DNA of 64,000 nucleotides, taken from Mustelus asterias. Its lineage: Eukaryota. Position numbers and translations under genes: made by a program. Location of the stretch: positions 744,001 through 808,000 of the forward strand of contig NW_027590144.1 of assembly GCF_964213995.1 (NCBI RefSeq), read 5' to 3'. The notes under the pieces were generated by a model. The model was given only the letters and a program-made list of their open reading frames with translations. It made no database searches and was not told where the DNA came from. Shown piece by piece: positions 59,687 to 64,000 of this stretch; the stretch's first letter is position 1; each line of letters begins with the position of its first letter.

Positions 59687-61044
59687 ACATCATTTCTTGC
59701 TTTCCTCCAGACTTCAATATCTTTAATCCCGGCAAAGCAACTGAAATAATCATCCCGAACAATGGTGACAATATGAAGAAAACTGACTGCATGCACGAAG
59801 ATGGATCCAAATATCCATTGAACTGCCACTTTGCATAAACGGAGAGCCCTGCTCGAAATCAAGTTATAAAAGGAACAAGGAACAAAATGTCTGTTCGTTT
59901 GTGGGATATGATTTGTCCTCACCCCATTGGGTCTTTGGATGTATGGACTGCTGAACACTCGCAGAAGTACTGTGCTGTTCCAGACCATCTTTATTATGAC
60001 TGATAGAGCACAACACGAATTGACCAAATGGTTTTGCGAGGAACTACAAACAGATCTGAGCAAGTTTCCCACAAACACACTGAAGGATCCATCAACATTT
60101 CCAACAGCTCATAGCATCTGCATATCGATAGCAATTCTGTGTTCATGCATCGATCAATATTGTCAGCTTGTTCACAAATGTACCACTCAAGGAGTCAAAA
60201 ACATTGACTGACATGGTGGTCGAATGAATCGTCATTCATTGAAATTAAGAATATAGCAACTCATTTGTGTGAGGTAGGGACACAATTGAGGCCCGAATAG
60301 ATGGTGTTGCCAGAGGATCATTCCAGGCTCAGCTCCTGCAAAAACCTTCATCAGTTTAAATTTCCGCCCATCAGAATCTACTTGACAACCAATCAACTCT
60401 ATCTCCTCAAATAACCTGAAATATTGTTCTCGTGTTAGAGTTGGTCATTTCTTTAAAGGTCTCTTACAATGCGTAAGTCGAAAAAAAAGGTAAAACGTCT
60501 CTTTCAGCAATAATCGGGAAATGAAATAATAATTTCACTGGAACAGTGTTTTAGTTCCAGTTCTATCCTGCTATATAGATTCCATAATGAGGAAGCAGAG
60601 CAGGAAAATGTGAATTGCATTGGAAATTGCTGCATATATCTGAGTTTAATTGCGGTATATCTGCCAGCGCTACTTTTCACGGATCAGCAACATTAACAAC
60701 ATACAGCAAGGTTCAAAAGCCTCTTACTATACATTTTCCTGGTTCCTACTGTGATTCAGTCTGGAAAGCAATCTGCGTCTTCCCATGAAAGGGAACTGAA
60801 GGTTGAATATATTTTCAATGATTATCTCCACATTTATTCAAATCTAAAGCAAAATAACTGCAGCCATGTATGTTGGCTGTTTCAAACTATTTGTGGAGCT
60901 GCGACCATTGAGCCTGCTAGAGATCAAATATTATATGAACTGCTCCCAGGGCATTAGCAGATACAGGCTATTAAGGTTACACAGAATGCTGTCCATAACT
61001 GCATCTCATGGACCGGGTGATAAATGCAGTGAAATATAACTCAC

Positions 61045-61141
61045 CAGTGAAACCAACGCCAGCGAGGAGTGGATAGTAAATTTTTTGGATATCGTAAAGT
61101 ACCCATTGAATACGAAGATCAAGTGGAATAATCCATAACAT
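61045..61141 (-). CDS. GPR139-like GPCR coding exon 1
   Basis: MLWIIPLDLRIQWVLYDIQKIYYPLLAGVGFT plus g|gtgagt phase-1 donor; joins in frame to exon 2 (..GFT-V-NLLT..), giving ~335 aa. Confidence 0.82.
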
Positions 61142-61230
61142 GGTGAGAGTGCCTTTGAGATTCAATGATCACTCTTTCTACTGGTAACTGCGCTCACTGA
61201 AATTTTACAACACACGATGAAATCATTCCC

Positions 61231-61238
61231 TATTTATA
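61231..61238 (-). promoter_or_regulatory. Candidate TATA box of the GPCR gene
   Basis: TATAAATA on the minus strand ~90 nt upstream of the ATG. Confidence 0.5.
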
Positions 61239-61929
61239 GAGCGAGGAATGTCCCCAGCGAAACAATTAAACTAAGTGCTGACTGACATTAATCACAATCG
61301 CTGAATACACGAGATAATTCAGCATTTCTTGCGAAATGCATGTTTATTGAAAATGCTTTGCACTCATGTTGGACGATTGCGCCAATGCCATATGAATCTG
61401 AACAATCTTTTGAAATGAAGAATATTGAATCGCACAGTTACTGATCTGAAGTGAAATAAAATCAGAACTATTATCCTTGTTGATAAATGTCAGTCTACAA
61501 TTTCAAAATTTCATTCCGTGTATAAGTGTGAGTTTACTAGAGATTGTGGAAATAATCTTGATCTATCAGTTGATACATGAGACATGTCAGAAGCAGGATG
61601 ATTGCAAATATTACACTGCTGCTATTCAGCAAACTCGAGACATAAACTCTCGAAATCAAGGCACTGAACCTCACATTCATCATTGTTTTCAGGAGACTTC
61701 TTCGAAAGTAAACTAAGTCACCTCTCCAACCTGCTTTGCAAACACATCTCAATATTCTTTGTATTATTGGTGATCAATGGGAAAGTGCCATGTATACCAG
61801 ACTCAGCATCAAATCTTCTAAACCATACATTTCTCCTTTCAGTGAGTGTGGAAGCAATTCTATCGATCCAGAGATATTTTCGACAGCAGATTTAAGTGGG
61901 TATCATTTGACTCTCCACTGTCGACCCGT

Positions 61930-62220
61930 TTATTATTTAACGTTTATTGATTCGTCACAAGTCGGCTTACATTAACACTGCAACGAAGTTACTGTGAAAA
62001 TCCCAGAGACACCACATTGTGACGCCTGTTCGGGAACAGTGTGGGAGAGTTTAGCATGGCCAATGCACCTAACCAGCACGTCTTTCAGACTGTGGGAGGA
62101 AACCGGAGCATCCAGAGGAAAACAACCCTGACATGGGGTGAACCTGCAGACTCTGCACAGACAGTGACCCAAGCCAGGAATCGAAACCGGGTCCCTGGCT
62201 CAATGAGGCATCAATGCTAA
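61930..62220 (-). mobile_element. SINE with HE1-like head and aataaataaa-type tail
   Basis: Reverse complement of the 14485/54885 type; B-box ggaatcgaaacc on the plus strand. Confidence 0.82.
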
Positions 62221-62329
62221 ATATCAGTCAAGCCTGCTTGTCTTCCGAGTAAACAAACGTCAGCAACTTGTTTAACCGTTATCGCAATCCTAATACATTC
62301 TTAACGCTACATCAGTTTTGCTGGACAGT

Positions 62330-62800
62330 GATGAAACCTGGGTTAATGCCAGGAATGGATGGGTCGTGTTACAACAAGATATTGCACAGTTTAGGCTTGC
62401 ATCCACCGGAGTTTAAAAGAGGAAGAGGCAACTTGATTGAAACTTTTAAGATTCTGAGAGTTCTTAATAGTGATGTGCAGCCAATGTTTCCGTTTGTAGG
62501 AGCATATAGAACTAAAGATTGCAGTTACATAATGAGTACTCGTTCATGTAAGACAGAAATGAGAAATTATTATTTTTCTCAGAAATTCGTGAGTCTTTGC
62601 AACTCTTCCTCAGAAGGCATTGGAAGCAGAGTCTTAGTTTTTTTTTAATGCTGAGCTCCATAGTTCATTGATTAAAAAGTAGTGAAAGGTTATGTAAGGT
62701 AGGGAGGGATGTGGCATCCAAGATATTATCAAATCAGCTGCGGCCTTATTGAATGGTGGAGCAGGCTCGAAGAGCCGAGTAGCCTATCATTTCTCCTAAT
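62330..62800 (+). mobile_element. Old CR1 3' fragment
   Basis: LMPGMDG..LGLH..EFKR.RGNLIETFKILR; ttgaatggtggagcaggctcgaagagccgagtagcct. Confidence 0.78.
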
Positions 62801-63039
62801 ACGCTATGTCCCTCGGTTCAAAATTCCACAATAACATAATGTCATTTTATCAATTCAATCAATCTATCTCGTATAAATAAAAACGAATCAATGCTTACAA
62901 GTGACATCAGTCAATGAAGCATTGTAAAATGTGAGGAGAATCAACACAGAGCTTCAGAACTGCAAAGACTAGTGGCTGGAATGGGCGGACAGTTGGAACA
63001 ATGATTGAATAATTATTTTGTTCAGTGACAGTTCTGCAG

Positions 63040-63340
63040 ATCCCTGTGACCCACAGTGGGGACAACCTCAGGCTCAAGGGACAATCCTTTTAAACAAAGA
63101 TGAGGAGGAATTTTGGCAGCCAGAGAGTGGTGAATCTGTGGAACTCTTTGCCGCAGAAGGCTGTGGAGGCCAGGTGATTGAGTATCTTTAAGACAGAGAT
63201 AGATAGATTTTTGATTCATAAGGGGATCAGGGGTTATGGGGAAAAGGCAGGAGAATGGGGATGAGAAAAAAATCAGTCATGATTCAATGGTGGAGCAGAT
63301 CGATGGGCCGAGTGGCCTAATTCTCTCCTATATCTATGGA
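63040..63340 (+). mobile_element. CR1 3' fragment
   Basis: gatgaggaggaatt...cagagagtggtgaatctgtggaactc...aatggtggagcaga..cgatgggccgagtggcctaattct. Confidence 0.82.
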
Positions 63341-64000
63341 CTAGCCACCTCCCCCAGATAGGTGGAAATTTATGATTATGAACATTGAATTCTTTAGATA
63401 ATTCCTGTCATATAATCCCTCTATATGTTTTTGATCTGTTCAGTTCTTACAAGCCGGGCGGAGATTGAAGAATAACACTGCTCCATAAGTGTTAACACAA
63501 TTATTGAAAACTTCCTGAGCCATCTGAGATTTATTGATCATATGATCACTCTGTTTGAAGTCTTAATCAATTTGTTAAGAAAATATTTATATTGCACTTT
63601 CAATGTTCTCATCCAAACATTATATCTACAGTATGCAGTGCGTTGGTTGTGAAGGTTCAGCTGTCAAAAAATAATCCAAATTGTGGATAATATTCTTTGG
63701 GGACGGACATTACGACATTGACCAACACGTCCACACCTTCATCAAGGCCTCTCTCTCCCTTTCTGGCCTCTGGTTCTATTCTATCTCTGCAGTGATCAAT
63801 TCTCCGTCCCGATATCCAGACACGTTCTCCACCCCATGCATTTACTTCATTCATCCTTCTGTCCGCAAAAGCCATTTCATCCCACGCTTAACTGTGGATG
63901 AGCCTTCTGAAAGCATCGGTGAATTCGGCAGCGTTTGTAATATTTTGTTTCGGGTGACCTTGATGATGTTCATCCTAAGGAAGGAAATGCTGAATTGTGA

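Noticed and set aside
59700-60000. Exon-like stretch (CMHEDGSKYPLNC...DMICPHP) faintly like a VWC/MSMB domain
   Set aside because: Most required cysteines are missing and stops are present; a profile search would be needed.

Overview
Eukaryotic, repeat-rich vertebrate DNA, most likely from a shark: it carries HE1-type tRNA-derived SINEs and many CR1 LINE fragments. From left to right: (1) a decayed ~1.25-kb tandem array of tRNA-Val pseudogenes (1-5.85 kb); (2) three T-cell-receptor alpha/delta-like V segments with leader exons and 23-type RSS (8.2-13.2 kb, two clearly broken and one with an open V exon), with an intron-containing tRNA-Pro(AGG) between two of them; (3) a tRNA cluster (Ile, Asn, Glu, Gln, Val, plus Ser/Leu remnants), mostly pseudogenes, from ~14 to 47 kb; (4) a Buster/Charlie-type hAT transposon with a nested CR1 and SINE (25.5-29.6 kb); (5) a ~13-kb array of a 59-bp G-rich satellite that appears to derive from the SINE body, invaded by CR1s and SINEs (29.6-42.8 kb); (6) an ~86-bp G/T-rich minisatellite; (7) an apparently intact two-exon GPR139-like class A GPCR on the minus strand (61141 to 50970). 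Penelope-type remnants with hammerhead-ribozyme-like cores also occur. All calls are by eye; repeat boundaries are approximate and no database searches were run.
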